Shown here piece after piece: positions 29,711-40,993 of a DNA stretch of 64,000 nucleotides. A model generated the notes under the pieces. That model did not search any database, had not been told where the DNA came from, and was given only the letters and a program-made list of their open reading frames with translations. Position 1 is the first letter of the stretch. Each line of letters starts with the position of its first letter. Origin of the DNA: an uncultured delta proteobacterium. Its GTDB lineage: Bacteria; Desulfobacterota; Syntrophia; Syntrophales; UBA5619. The stretch is taken from positions 13,022 through 77,021 of the forward strand of contig CAWFOM010000009.1 in assembly GCA_963817385.1 (NCBI GenBank), given 5' to 3'. Made by a program: the position numbers and the translations under genes.

Positions 29711-30442
29711 GTGCCATTCCTGTATGGCCGGACGGATATATTTTTCGTAGGAAAATCCTCTGCCCCCGCCATCCGGGCGGCAGGGATCACCATCCTCCTG
29801 TTCGCATTCCTTTTGTTCCTCGTCCCCGTTCTCCAGGCGGCCGAACCCCCCTCCCTCGAACAGCTCTCCGCGCGGATGCAGGAGATCTATGAAAAGACCA
29901 CGGATCTGAAGGCCCGCTTTATCCAGGAGGTGACGATCAAGTCCATGAAGAAGACCGAGCGGGAAGAGGGGACGGTTACCTTTAAAAATCCGCGGATGAT
30001 GCTATGGGACTACCTGAAGCCGAAGGCGAAGAAGCTGGTCATCAACGCCCAGAAGGCATGGCTGTATATCCCCGAGGACCGCATGGTCTATGTCCAGAAT
30101 GCCGAAGAGGTCTACCGATCGCGGATGGCCGTCCGATTCCTCTCCGGAATCGGCAAGCTCCCCGAGGACTTTCAGATCCGTTTCTCGAATGACAGCCCGC
30201 TCGACAAGGAAGGAAACTACCGCCTCACCCTGACGGCCAAGGAAACGGGGAGCGGCATCGACCGGCTTGATCTGACCGTCGACGGGAAGACCTTCCAGAT
30301 CACCGAGTGCCGGTTCGAAGACACGTTCGGGAATGCCACCCGTCTACGCTTCAGCGACATCCGCCTGAACACGGGCGTTTCCGACAAATTATTCACCTTC
30401 AAGGCGCCGGACGGCGTCGAGATAGTCAACATGACCCCATAA
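29711..30442 (+). CDS. lolA: Outer-membrane lipoprotein carrier protein (start uncertain)
   Basis: Signal peptide; ARFIQE..G.V.FKNP.MMLWDY.KP; W.Y.PE; ends LFTFKAPDGVEIV. Confidence 0.85.
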   Translation: MPFLYGRTDIFFVGKSSAPAIRAAGITILLFAFLLFLVPVLQAAEPPSLEQLSARMQEIYEKTTDLKARFIQEVTIKSMKKTEREEGTVTFKNPRMMLWDYLKPKAKKLVINAQKAWLYIPEDRMVYVQNAEEVYRSRMAVRFLSGIGKLPEDFQIRFSNDSPLDKEGNYRLTLTAKETGSGIDRLDLTVDGKTFQITECRFEDTFGNATRLRFSDIRLNTGVSDKLFTFKAPDGVEIVNMTP

Positions 30443-30468
30443 CACCTGCCGGCAGACGAAGGGACGAC

Positions 30469-32442
30469 ATGATTCGAATCGACGTTGAACAGGCAGCTTC
30501 TTCGGACCTCGATCACGAATGGTTGGACACCGACGGCCGGGGGGGGTATGCGGCAAGCACCCTTGCGGGCTGTCATACGAGGCGATATCACGGCCTGATG
30601 GTGGCCAACCTTCTGGCGCCGGAGGGTCGGCATTGCTTGTTGTCCACGCTGGAGGATTCACTCTCGGTCGGCAACGAAGAATATTTTTTCACCAGCCATC
30701 GGTATCCCGGCGTCCTTTTTCCCCCCGGAGGATCCCTTCTGCGGGAGTTTATCCTCGACAACTGCCCCCGTTTCACCTACCGGGCGGGCGTTCATCGCCT
30801 GCAAAAAAGCGTGATGCTTATCCGAGGCACGGGCACCCTTCTCGTTCGTTACGACCTGGACGAATCTCCCGCAAACGGCCTCCTCCGCCTGAAACCGTTC
30901 CTGGCGTATCGGGGCTATCACCATCTCGCCCACGAAAACCCCCATCTCCGCAGCCGGACGGAAGGGATCAAAAACGGCTTTACGATCACACCCTACGCGG
31001 GTATGCCCACCCTCACCATCCGGACCTCCGCGCCATCGAGATTTACCCCCTCCCCCCTCTGGTACAACCGTTTCGAATATATCGAGGAGAGGGCGCGGGG
31101 CTTCGATTGGCAGGAGGATCTCTTCCTTCCAGGGGTCCTTGAGGTCCCTTTCGCAGCGGGGTGCACGGTGATCCTCCAGGTTTCCTGCGACTCCCCTGAG
31201 GAAGACCCGCAGGCCCTCTGGAGAGCGGAGACATCCCGACGGCGTCGGGAACAGGCGGAAGAGGAAGCGCTGGCCGGTGGCTGCACCGGTGAAGACCGGG
31301 AGCTTCTCCTCGCCCTGATTCGCGCAGGGCGTCAGTTTCTCATCAGAACCCCTTCGGGGAGACCGGCCGTCATCGCCGGCTACCCCTGGTTCGGGAGTTG
31401 GGGACGGGACACCCTGATCGCGCTCCCCGGCCTCGCCTTCTGCTCGGGTCGGATCGAAGAAGGGATCGAGATCCTCACCGAAATCGGCCGCCATGAGCGC
31501 GATGGACTCCTCCCCAACTTCTTCTCCGCGGACGGAAAACCCGAGGCCTACAATACCGTCGACAGCTCGCTTCTCTACTTCCGGGCCGTCCAGGAGCTCC
31601 TCAGGATCGCCGGCGATGCGGAGATGATCCGGAGCCGCTTCTGGCCAGTCATGAAACGGATCATCAGCCGTTTCATGGCCGGAACCCGATTCGGAATCGG
31701 GATGGACCACCGGGGACTCCTGCATGCCGGCGACGGTCTGACGGCCCTTACCTGGATGGACGCAACCGTAGGGGGAGCCCCCGTCACCCCCCGGCATGGG
31801 TATCCAGTGGAGATTAACGCCCTCTGGTACAACGCCCTGTGCTTCGCCCGCGACCTGTCGGGGAGATTCTCCGATCCCGAATGGTCCTTCGACGATCTCA
31901 TTGCCCGGATCCGCCGCTCATTCCGGGAGACGTTCTGGGTCCCGGAGGGCAACTATCTGGGCGACGTTTTTCGTGACGGCGTCCTCGATGCCGCCGTCCG
32001 GCCGAATCAGCTCTTTGCCGTCTCGCTCCCCTTCTCGCCCCTCGATCCGAGAGAGCAGGCGGGCGTCGTCCGGAAGGTGCGGGAGGAGCTTCTGACCCCC
32101 TGCGGTCTGAGGACCCTCTCGCCCGCCGATCCTGCCTACCGGGGGTTCTACCGCGGGAACGGCGCCGTGCGGGATGCCGCATACCACCAGGGCACCGTCT
32201 GGCCATGGCTGCTCGGTCCCTTCGGCGAGGCCGCCCTTCACGTCGCGAAGGACCGGGGGCGGGAAAAGGAAATGCTCCGAACCACCCTCGGAAAGTTCCT
32301 TCGGAACCATCTGAGAGAGGCGGGTGTCGGCAGCGTCTCCGAAGTCTTCGACGGGAACGCCCCCCACCGGCCGGGCGGTTGCACCGCCCAGGCATGGAGC
32401 ATCGCCGAACTGATCCGCCTTTTTTTGCTCCTGGGAAAGTGA
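30469..32442 (+). CDS. Glycogen debranching enzyme (amylo-alpha-1,6-glucosidase family)
   Basis: EWL.TDGRGGYA, TRRYHGL, AGYPWFGSWGRDT, TWMDA, VEINALWYN, YHQGTVWPWL and AQAWS motifs. Confidence 0.93.
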   Translation: MIRIDVEQAASSDLDHEWLDTDGRGGYAASTLAGCHTRRYHGLMVANLLAPEGRHCLLSTLEDSLSVGNEEYFFTSHRYPGVLFPPGGSLLREFILDNCPRFTYRAGVHRLQKSVMLIRGTGTLLVRYDLDESPANGLLRLKPFLAYRGYHHLAHENPHLRSRTEGIKNGFTITPYAGMPTLTIRTSAPSRFTPSPLWYNRFEYIEERARGFDWQEDLFLPGVLEVPFAAGCTVILQVSCDSPEEDPQALWRAETSRRRREQAEEEALAGGCTGEDRELLLALIRAGRQFLIRTPSGRPAVIAGYPWFGSWGRDTLIALPGLAFCSGRIEEGIEILTEIGRHERDGLLPNFFSADGKPEAYNTVDSSLLYFRAVQELLRIAGDAEMIRSRFWPVMKRIISRFMAGTRFGIGMDHRGLLHAGDGLTALTWMDATVGGAPVTPRHGYPVEINALWYNALCFARDLSGRFSDPEWSFDDLIARIRRSFRETFWVPEGNYLGDVFRDGVLDAAVRPNQLFAVSLPFSPLDPREQAGVVRKVREELLTPCGLRTLSPADPAYRGFYRGNGAVRDAAYHQGTVWPWLLGPFGEAALHVAKDRGREKEMLRTTLGKFLRNHLREAGVGSVSEVFDGNAPHRPGGCTAQAWSIAELIRLFLLLGK

Positions 32443-32634
32443 ACAGGGGAACATTTTTTTATTATTTGTCCCCGATGGGGGGTTTACTTTCAGGCGCCGG
32501 TATGACATGATGATATTATTAAGCCACGCGGCCGTTCCTGATCACTCAGCTTCTTTGTTAATTTCGGTGTGTCGTTCTGCCCGCCTTTCCTGACGGCTGG
32601 AGAAAGCCCTGCAGGAGGAAGGATGTAGAGAACC

Positions 32635-33948
32635 ATGCACATGCGCATCCTCATGTTCGGATGGGAATTTCCGCCCAGGATGAGCGGCGGCCTGGGCACG
32701 GCCTGCTTCGGCATGACAGCGGCCCTGGCCGGCCTCGGCCACCGTATTATCTTCGTTTTGCCGCAGCCGGGAGTGGCGAGTTCAGCCCCCTTTCTCGATC
32801 TCGTATCGGCATCCGATATTCCCGACTCCGCCCGCGAAGGCGAAGAGATGCAACTGCTGAGACGGCTGGCACTGCAGCCCGTCCCGTCTCTGCTTCACCC
32901 CTATCTCAACGGAGAGGGTTACCAAACCCTGTATCTTTCCGAAGAGAAACGATTCCCGGAGAGAACGAGTATCTATGGCCGCAACCTGATTGCCGAGGTG
33001 ATCCGCTACGGCCTCTCCGGAGGCGCCATCGCACGGAACCACTCCTTCGATATCATCCATGCCCATGACTGGATGACGGTTCCCGCCGCCCTCTGCGCCC
33101 GCCGGATCAGCGGAAAGCCGCTCATTCTCCACATCCATTCCCTCGAGTATGACCGAAGCGGTGAGAACGTCAACCCGGAGATCCGAGAAATCGAACGGGA
33201 AGGTTTGGATCAGGCCGATCGGATCATCGCCGTCAGCCACCGGACAAAGCGGATGATTGAGGAGCGGTACGGGATCCCCCCGGGTAAGATCACCGTGGTC
33301 TACAACGCCGTAACCCGCGCGGAGGCGAGGAGCATCTATCGCCCCGAACGGCGAGGGACGCCGAGAGATCAGAAGATGGTCCTCTACCTCGGCCGGATCA
33401 CCTTCCAGAAGGGGCCGGACTACTTCATCGAGGCGGCGGCCAGCGTCTTGAAGGTGTTTCCCGATGTAACCTTCGTCCTGGCCGGCGCCGGCGACATGAT
33501 GGGGCAGATGATCGAACGGGTCGGCGAACTGGGTATCGGAAACCGCGTTCATTTCACGGGATTCCTCCAGGGGGAAGAGATCGAGCGGATCTTCTCCCTG
33601 AGCGATCTCTATGTCATGCCGAGCGTCTCCGAACCCTTCGGGATCTCCCCTCTCGAGGCGATGCTGTATGATGTCCCGGTGGTCATCTCCCGCCAGTCAG
33701 GCGTCGCCGAGATCCTGAAGCATGCCTTAAAGGTCGACTTTTGGGACGTCCGGGATATCGCCGGCAAGATCATCGCCGTCCTGAAATACCCCGTTCTCGC
33801 CGGGGAGATGGCGGAAAAGGCGCGTGAGGAGCTTCGGGGGATCCGCTGGGAAACCGCCGCAGAGCGGATCACGGAGATCTATCGGAAGGCGGCGGCCCCC
33901 CCCGCAACGGGGGAAGGGCTCCGAACGGAAGAACGGAAAGACGAATAG
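32635..33948 (+). CDS. GT4 glycosyltransferase (glycogen synthase-like)
   Basis: LMFGWEFPPRMSGGLG, IHAHDW, QKGPDYF and PSVSEPFGI motifs. Confidence 0.9.
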   Translation: MHMRILMFGWEFPPRMSGGLGTACFGMTAALAGLGHRIIFVLPQPGVASSAPFLDLVSASDIPDSAREGEEMQLLRRLALQPVPSLLHPYLNGEGYQTLYLSEEKRFPERTSIYGRNLIAEVIRYGLSGGAIARNHSFDIIHAHDWMTVPAALCARRISGKPLILHIHSLEYDRSGENVNPEIREIEREGLDQADRIIAVSHRTKRMIEERYGIPPGKITVVYNAVTRAEARSIYRPERRGTPRDQKMVLYLGRITFQKGPDYFIEAAASVLKVFPDVTFVLAGAGDMMGQMIERVGELGIGNRVHFTGFLQGEEIERIFSLSDLYVMPSVSEPFGISPLEAMLYDVPVVISRQSGVAEILKHALKVDFWDVRDIAGKIIAVLKYPVLAGEMAEKAREELRGIRWETAAERITEIYRKAAAPPATGEGLRTEERKDE

Positions 33949-35148
33949 ATGCCGAGTGTCTGTCTCTATTTTCAGGTCCATCAGCCCCGACGTCTCCGGA
34001 GGTACTCCTTCTTCGATGTCGGCCATCTTCACGAATATGATGACGAGACGGAAAACCGCCGGATCCTGGAGAGGGTCGCAGCGAAGTGTTATCTCCCCGC
34101 AAACGCCCTTCTGCTCAGCCTATTCGGGGAATATGGGGAGAAATTTCGGGTGGCTTTTTCTCTCTCGGGCGTGGTTCTCGACCAACTCGGGCGGTACCGG
34201 CCGGATGTCGTGGAGAGCTTCCAGCAGCTTGCCGCCACTCACTGCGTCGAATTTTTAAACGAGACCGACAGCCACTCCCTTGCATTTCTCTTCTCCCCAC
34301 GGGAATTTCAAGAGCAGGTCCGACTGCACCGGGAGCGGATTCAGACCCTCTTCGGGCAGAACGGCCGGACCTTCCGGCACACCGAATTGATCTATAACAA
34401 CGAACTGGGGAAAGCGGTGGAGCAGATGGGCTACAACGTCATTCTTGCCGAGGGCGCCGAAAAGATCCTCGGCCGGCGAAGCCCAAACCAGCCCTACCGT
34501 CCGACCGGCTGCGGGCGGCTGAAGCTGCTCCTCAGGAACTACCGGCTTTCGGACGACGTGGCCTTTCGCTTTTCCGATCGGCATTGGCCCGAATATCCAC
34601 TCACGGCCGCCAAATACGCCCACTGGCTCCACCGGATCGGACCGGAGGCGGCGGTGATCAACCTGTTTATGGATTATGAAACCTTCGGCGAACACCAGTG
34701 GGCCGAAACAGGGATCTTCGATTTTCTCCGGGCGTTCCCCGGGGAGGTCCTGCAGGACCCCGATTTTCGTTTTCTGACGCCTGCCGAGGCGGCCGAAGCC
34801 TATGAGGCGATAGACGAGATCGATACCCCCGGCTTCATCTCCTGGGCCGATGAGGAGCGGGACATGACGGCTTGGCTGGGAAACGTCATGCAGCAGGATG
34901 CCGCACGCAAGATTTACGAAATGGAGTCCGCCATCCGCCTGCAAAGCGACGAAGACCTCCTCCGGAAATGGCGTACCCTCCAGACGTCCGACCATTTTTA
35001 TTACATGTGTACGAAATGGTTCGCCGACGGCGATGTCCATCGTTACTTCAACCCCTTCGAGTCTCCCTACGAGGCCTACATCAATTACATGAACATCCTC
35101 GATGATCTTGCAAAATCCATCACAAAGAGCCAAGGAGAAGCATCATGA
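33949..35148 (+). CDS. GH57 alpha-amylase family glycoside hydrolase
   Basis: YFQVHQP, TELIYN, LSDDVAFRFS, MDYETFGEHQ and LQTSDHFYYM motifs. Confidence 0.93.
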   Translation: MPSVCLYFQVHQPRRLRRYSFFDVGHLHEYDDETENRRILERVAAKCYLPANALLLSLFGEYGEKFRVAFSLSGVVLDQLGRYRPDVVESFQQLAATHCVEFLNETDSHSLAFLFSPREFQEQVRLHRERIQTLFGQNGRTFRHTELIYNNELGKAVEQMGYNVILAEGAEKILGRRSPNQPYRPTGCGRLKLLLRNYRLSDDVAFRFSDRHWPEYPLTAAKYAHWLHRIGPEAAVINLFMDYETFGEHQWAETGIFDFLRAFPGEVLQDPDFRFLTPAEAAEAYEAIDEIDTPGFISWADEERDMTAWLGNVMQQDAARKIYEMESAIRLQSDEDLLRKWRTLQTSDHFYYMCTKWFADGDVHRYFNPFESPYEAYINYMNILDDLAKSITKSQGEAS

Positions 35149-38100
35149 CACAGGCGCGCGATCACTACCTCTTCGAGGTGAGTTGGGAGGTGTGCAACAA
35201 AGTCGGCGGGTATCTATACGGTCATCACGAGCAAGATTCCTGAGGCAACCAGGGTCTACGGCGAGAATTACTTCCTCCTCGGCCCGGACCTCAAAACCAA
35301 TCCCGATTTCGAGGAGACGGACGAAGAGTGCTGGAGTCATATCCGGGAGACGGTCGCCATCAAGGAGATCCCGTGCCGCTTCGGCAGATGGAAGGTCCCC
35401 GGCGAACCCAAGGCGATTCTGGTGAGCTTCGGGAAAAAGTATGACAAAGACCAGCTCCTCTTCCGGATCTGGGAGGATTACGGCGTCGACTCCATCGCCG
35501 GGGGGTGGGACTATGTGGAGCCGATCATGTTCAGCTATGCGGCAAGCGAGGTGATCGAGACCGCCTACCATCTCCTCGCGAAACCCCGGGGGATGGGCGC
35601 CGTCGCCCAGTTCCACGAGTGGATGACGGGGGCGGGTCTCCTCGGCCTGAAAAAACGGTGCCCGGAGATCGGAACCGTCTTTACCACGCACGCGACGATG
35701 CTCGGGAGGACCCTCTCCTCATCCGGGATGGACATCTACACGGCGATGGACCATATCTCGCCCCAGCGAGAGGCGAGCGCCCACAACATTACGGCCAAAT
35801 GCTCGATGGAAACGGCGTCGGCCCGCGAGGCGGACTGCTTCACGACGGTGAGCGAGATCACGGCCCGCGAGGCGAAGAACTTCCTCGGCCGGGAGCCGGA
35901 TGTGATCACCGTAAACGGCCTCGACATGGAGAATATCCCCGATCTCGCGGCGGACCGTGCCCCCGCCCTCCGGTCCCGGGAGAAGCTCCTCGCCGCCGCC
36001 GCCCGATTCCTTCGCCGGGATCTGCCCGCCGACACCCGGATCATGGTCATCTCGGGGCGCGGTGAATTCCACAATAAGGGGGTCGGCCTCTTCCTCGAGG
36101 CCCTCGGCAGCCTGAACGCGGAGATGGCAGAGAACCAGACGATCCTCGCCTTTCTCTTCGTCCTCGGAGGATACACGGACCTGATCCCCTGTCTCAAGAG
36201 CGACGCCTTCAAGCCTGACCCGGCGAATCCGCCCATCGCCACCCACCGGCTGCAGAACGAGGCCTCCGATCCCATCCTCCAGACATGCGAGCGTCTCGGT
36301 CTCAAAAATTTCCCCCAGAACCGGGTCCAGGTCATCTTTGTCCCCGCCTATCTGAACGGTCACGACGGCTTCCTCAACATGACCTACTACGATGCGCTTG
36401 CCGGGTGCGATCTCGGGGTCTTCCCCTCCTACTACGAACCCTGGGGCTATACGCCTCTCGAGAGCGCCGCGTACGCCGTGCCGACCGTCACCACCGACCA
36501 GGCCGGCTTCGGCCTCTGGGCGCAGAAGGCGGCGGGCGATTGCAACGGGATCATCCTCGTCAAGCGCCTGGGACAGCCCGAGGAGGTGATCACCGACCGT
36601 CTCTCCGCAATCTTCCGGGATTTTCTCGCTCTTGAGGAGGCGGATCTGCAGTGCATGCGCGTAAATGCCCGTGCAGCGGCCAACCGGGCGAACTGGAAGG
36701 AGTTCTTCCGGAACTACGAGGAGGCGTATGACCTCGCCCTGGCGGCATCCCGGATCCGGGCGGAAAAGCGCACCGCGGAGGATCTCAAGACCGAACTGAA
36801 ACACGTCTTCGCCGGAACGGTCTCCGTTTCACCCCACTTCCGGACCTTCACGGCGGTGGCCAACCTCCCGGCGAAGATCTCCCGGCTCCGGGAGCTCGCC
36901 TACAACCTCTGGTGGACCTGGAATCCCCGCGCCCGGGAACTCTTCTCGGCCCTGGACTCCAAACTCTGGGCACGGATGGGCAACAATCCGGTCCGGATGC
37001 TGGAGACCGTCTCCAACGACCGGCTGCAGGAGGCATCGAAGAACACGAGCTACATCAGTCTCTACGGCCAGATCTTTCAGCAGTTCGATGACTACATGGG
37101 CGATAAGACCCCCTCCCCGCAAATCGGGCCGCCCAACGGCATCAAATGGTCGCAGCCGGTCGCCTATTTTTCGACCGAATACGGACTGCACGAGAGCCTG
37201 CCCATCTATTCCGGCGGTCTCGGCACGCTCTCCGGCGACCACCTGAAGACGGCGAGCGATCTGAACGTTCCCCTGGTCGGCGTCGGCCTCCTTTACAAGA
37301 ACGGGTTTTTCAAACAGGTCATAGACAAAAACGGCACCCAGATTGCGGAGTATCCGGAGAACGATTTCTCCAGCATGCCGGTGCAGATCGTCCAGGACGA
37401 CCGGGGAGACGCCGTGCAGATCTCCCTGGACCTGCCCGGAAGAACCCTCTTCGCCAACATCTGGGAGGTCCATGTGGGGCGCGTCTCGCTTTACCTCCTG
37501 GACACCGATTTCCCGCGGAACACGCCCCAGGACAGGAAAATCACGGAGCGCCTCTACTGCGCCGAACCGCGGACGAGGATCGAACAGGAGATCCTCCTGG
37601 GAATGGGGGGGATCCGGATCCTGAAACGGCTGGGGATCCGCCCCCGCGTCTACCACATCAACGAGGGGCACTCGGCCTTTCTTCTGTTCGAGCGGATCGG
37701 CTCCCTGATGACGGATGAGGGGCTCTCCTTCGATGAGGCGAGCGAAGTCGTCCGCGGAAGCACGGTCTTTACGACCCATACCCCGGTGGAGGCGGGAAAT
37801 GAGCGGTTCAGCAAAGAGTTGATCGAACACTACTTCGCGAATTTCGTGAAGTGGACCGGGATCTCCTGGTCCCAGTTCTGGGAGATGGGCAGGAAGGAGA
37901 GCGGGGAGGGAAAACCGTTCTTCATGACGATCCTGGCCCTCAAGATGGCCCACAAGAGCAACGCCGTGAGCCGCCTCCACGGGCAGGTCTCCCGGCGGAT
38001 GTGGCGGGAGGTCTGGAAGGGATTCGACGAGACGGATATCCCCATCTCTCATGTCACGAACGGCGCCCATGTGCTCTCCTACATCGCCCCCCGGATGAAG

Positions 38101-39402
38101 GAGCTCCTCGACACCTATCTCGGCATGGACTGGGACCGGCACATCAGCGATCCCGAACGCTGGGCGCGCCTCCAGGACATCCCCGACACCGTCCTGTGGC
38201 GGACGCGATACGAGATGAGGCAGAAGATGATCGACTTCCTCCGGGAGGATCTTTCCCGAAACTGGATGAAGTTCGGCTACTCGAAAACCTGGCAGGAGGA
38301 GCTCTTCTCCCGGATCAATCCGGCGGCCCTGATGATCGGCTTTGCCCGGCGCTTCGCCCCGTACAAGCGGGCGGACATGATCCTCTCGGATCTCGATCGC
38401 CTGGATAGGATCCTGAACCATCCCACCCGGCCGGTCCACATCATCTTTGCCGGCAAAGCCCATCCGAACGACGAGATGGGGAAGGATCTGATCCGGAAGG
38501 TCATCGGTGTCTGCAAAGAAGAGCGGTTCCGGGGCAAGATCTTCTTCGTCGAGGGGTACGACATCCGGGTTGCCCGCCACCTCGTCCAGGGGGTCGACGT
38601 CTGGCTGAACACCCCCCGACGCCCCCTCGAGGCGAGCGGCACGAGCGGCGAGAAGGTGGTCGCCAACGGCGTCCTTAACCTCAGCATCTCCGACGGGTGG
38701 TGGGTCGAGGGGTATGACGGCACAAACGGATGGACCGTCGGACCCGTCGTCAAAGGGTATGCCGAAGAGACGGAAAACGCTGACGAGGAAGACAGCCGGT
38801 CCCTGTATACGCTTCTGGAAAACAGCGTGATCCCGCTCTTCTACGACCGCGAGATGTCCGGGCTCCCCGAGAAGTGGCTCGCCATGATCAAGCGGTCGAT
38901 GCAGACCCTGGTTCCCCGTTTCAACACGGAAAGGATGCTCATCGATTACTACCGCGACCTCTACCTGCCGACCGCACGGCGGGAGCACGAACTCTATAGT
39001 GAATCCTACCGGATGGCCAGGGAGCTCGCGGACTGGAAGCGGAAGCTCCCCATGCGCTTCTCTTCGCTGCGCCTCCTGGACGTCAGCGTCGAAGGGATTC
39101 GCGGCGACACCATACGTGTGGAGAGTCCGTTTACCGTCACGGTCCGGATCGATCCCGGAAAGATGGAACCGCAGGAGGTGCTTGCGGAACTGATCATCGG
39201 AAAGAAGGAGGGCCTCGGCTTCGCCGATCCGCCGGAGTGCGTCCCGCTCAAGATCGCCGGCCGGGCGGCAGACGGGATACTCACCTTCTCCGTCTCCTAT
39301 ACGGTCCGGCAGAATGGCGCCTATGCCTACGGCATCCGCGCTTTGCCGTATCATCCGCACCTCGCCACGAAGGAGGAGACGTCTCTGGTGTACTGGGGGT
39401 GA
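35145..39402 (+). CDS. glgP: GT3 glycogen synthase-GT35 alpha-glucan phosphorylase fusion (~1418 aa); apparent +1 frameshift near 35210
   Basis: ATG at 35145 overlaps the GH57 stop. FEVSWEVCNKVGG then IYTVITSK after removing one G. GT3 motifs FHEW, FTTHAT and PSYYEPWGYTP; GT35 motifs YSGGLG.LSGD, NEGH, ARRFAPYKR and EASGTSGEK. Confidence 0.9.
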
Positions 39403-39498
39403 CGGCACGCAGCTCAGGTGTTCGCATCTCCGGGAGGGGACGCGGATAGGCTTTCGTCCGGTCGTGGGGCAGCGCCGCATCCTGGTTAAAAAAATGTG

Positions 39499-39527
39499 TT
39501 GACATGCCGGATTGTTCTTCGTATCCT
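39499..39527 (+). promoter_or_regulatory. Sigma70-type promoter of the MORN gene
   Basis: TTGACA-17 bp-TATCCT. Confidence 0.55.
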
Positions 39528-39630
39528 TCAGGCGTATGAAAGCAAGCTTTTATCAGCAGTTAATGCATTTCACCTCTATGATGAATCCAAATCGCGTCCA
39601 GTGACTTCGGTACTGGGGTGAGGGAGAGAC

Positions 39631-40977
39631 ATGCCGGTTTTCTTGAAAAAGCTTCTGAAAAAACTATCCCGGAACACGATCGCCAGAGAAGATGGATTGG
39701 AAAAACGGCCCCCGATGAGCGGCCAGGGCTCGATGAATTACCCCGGGGGAATGAAATACATGGGGGAATGGAGGGACGGCCTCTGGGAAGGCCAGGGAAC
39801 CCTGACGTATCCGGGAGGGATGACCTGCACCGGTGAATGGAAAAACAGCAAAATGAACGGCCAGGGGAGCGTCACCTTTCCCGACGGCGCCCAGTACGTC
39901 GGCCTCTTTTTAAGCGGTGAATACAGCGGTCAGGGGACCATGACCTTTTCCAACGGGAAAACCTATGTTGGAGAATGGAAGGATGGCGAACAGCACGGCC
40001 AGGGGACCATAATCTTTCCGGACGGAACAAAATATATCGGTCAGTTCAGCCACAACTCGTTCCATGGCCAGGGGACCATGTCTTTCCCCGACGGCCGAAC
40101 GTATGTCGGGCAGTTTAAAAACAGCCTTTTTCACGGCCAGGGGACGATGACCGAGCACGACGGCGTGCATTACGTCGGGGAGTGGAAGGAAAACAGGATG
40201 GACGGCAACGGGGTCATGACCTATCTGGACGGGCGGACCTACAAGGGACAATTCATCGACAACCAGTTCAACGGCCAAGGGACGCTGAACGACCGGGACG
40301 GGGGAAAATTCATCGGGCAGTTCCGCGACGGCCGGAAACACGGCCGGGGAACGCTTGCCCGCCCCGATGGGACGCAGTTCGCGGGCGAATGGAAAAACGA
40401 TGCCATGAACGGTCAGGGAACCGTCCATTTCGCCGACGGTCGCGTATATGCGGGGCAATTCCAGGATGACGGCATCAACGGCCAGGGGACCATGTCTTTC
40501 CCCGACGGCCGGAAATACACCGGGCAGTTTCGCGATGGATTGATGGAGGGACAGGGGTCGGCAGCCTTCGCCAACGGCAAGGAATACACCGGGCAGTGGA
40601 AGAACAACCTCTTTGACGGCCAGGGGACCCTAACCTACCCCGACGGGGGAACCTATGTGGGCCAATTTGAAAGCGGCATGCCACACGGTCAGGGAACGAT
40701 GATCCGGCCCGACGGACAATATACGGGACAGTTCAAGTTCGGAAAGAAACACGGACACGGAACGGTCATCTTTGCCAATGGCTCCAAATATGTGGGCCAG
40801 TTCCGGGATAACGAGTACCATGGTCAGGGAACGATGACCAACTCGGGCGGTGAAAAAAACGTCGGGGAGTGGCAGGAGGGCAAATTTGTCGAGGTCTCCG
40901 CCGATGGGTCTTACCCCGACCTGAAAAATCATGAGCTCCCCGAGCCTGACCTCAAGGCGGCGGGGGGGCGCCGCTGA
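39631..40977 (+). CDS. MORN-repeat protein
   Basis: About 17 tandem ~23-aa repeats of the form Y.G.W/F.....GQGT..F.DG. Confidence 0.92.
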   Translation: MPVFLKKLLKKLSRNTIAREDGLEKRPPMSGQGSMNYPGGMKYMGEWRDGLWEGQGTLTYPGGMTCTGEWKNSKMNGQGSVTFPDGAQYVGLFLSGEYSGQGTMTFSNGKTYVGEWKDGEQHGQGTIIFPDGTKYIGQFSHNSFHGQGTMSFPDGRTYVGQFKNSLFHGQGTMTEHDGVHYVGEWKENRMDGNGVMTYLDGRTYKGQFIDNQFNGQGTLNDRDGGKFIGQFRDGRKHGRGTLARPDGTQFAGEWKNDAMNGQGTVHFADGRVYAGQFQDDGINGQGTMSFPDGRKYTGQFRDGLMEGQGSAAFANGKEYTGQWKNNLFDGQGTLTYPDGGTYVGQFESGMPHGQGTMIRPDGQYTGQFKFGKKHGHGTVIFANGSKYVGQFRDNEYHGQGTMTNSGGEKNVGEWQEGKFVEVSADGSYPDLKNHELPEPDLKAAGGRR

Positions 40978-40993
40978 CCGGGAGCGCCACCCG

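Noticed and set aside
39700-40880. Periodic repeats as a CRISPR array
   Set aside because: These are in-frame 69-bp coding MORN units with no spacers and no cas genes.
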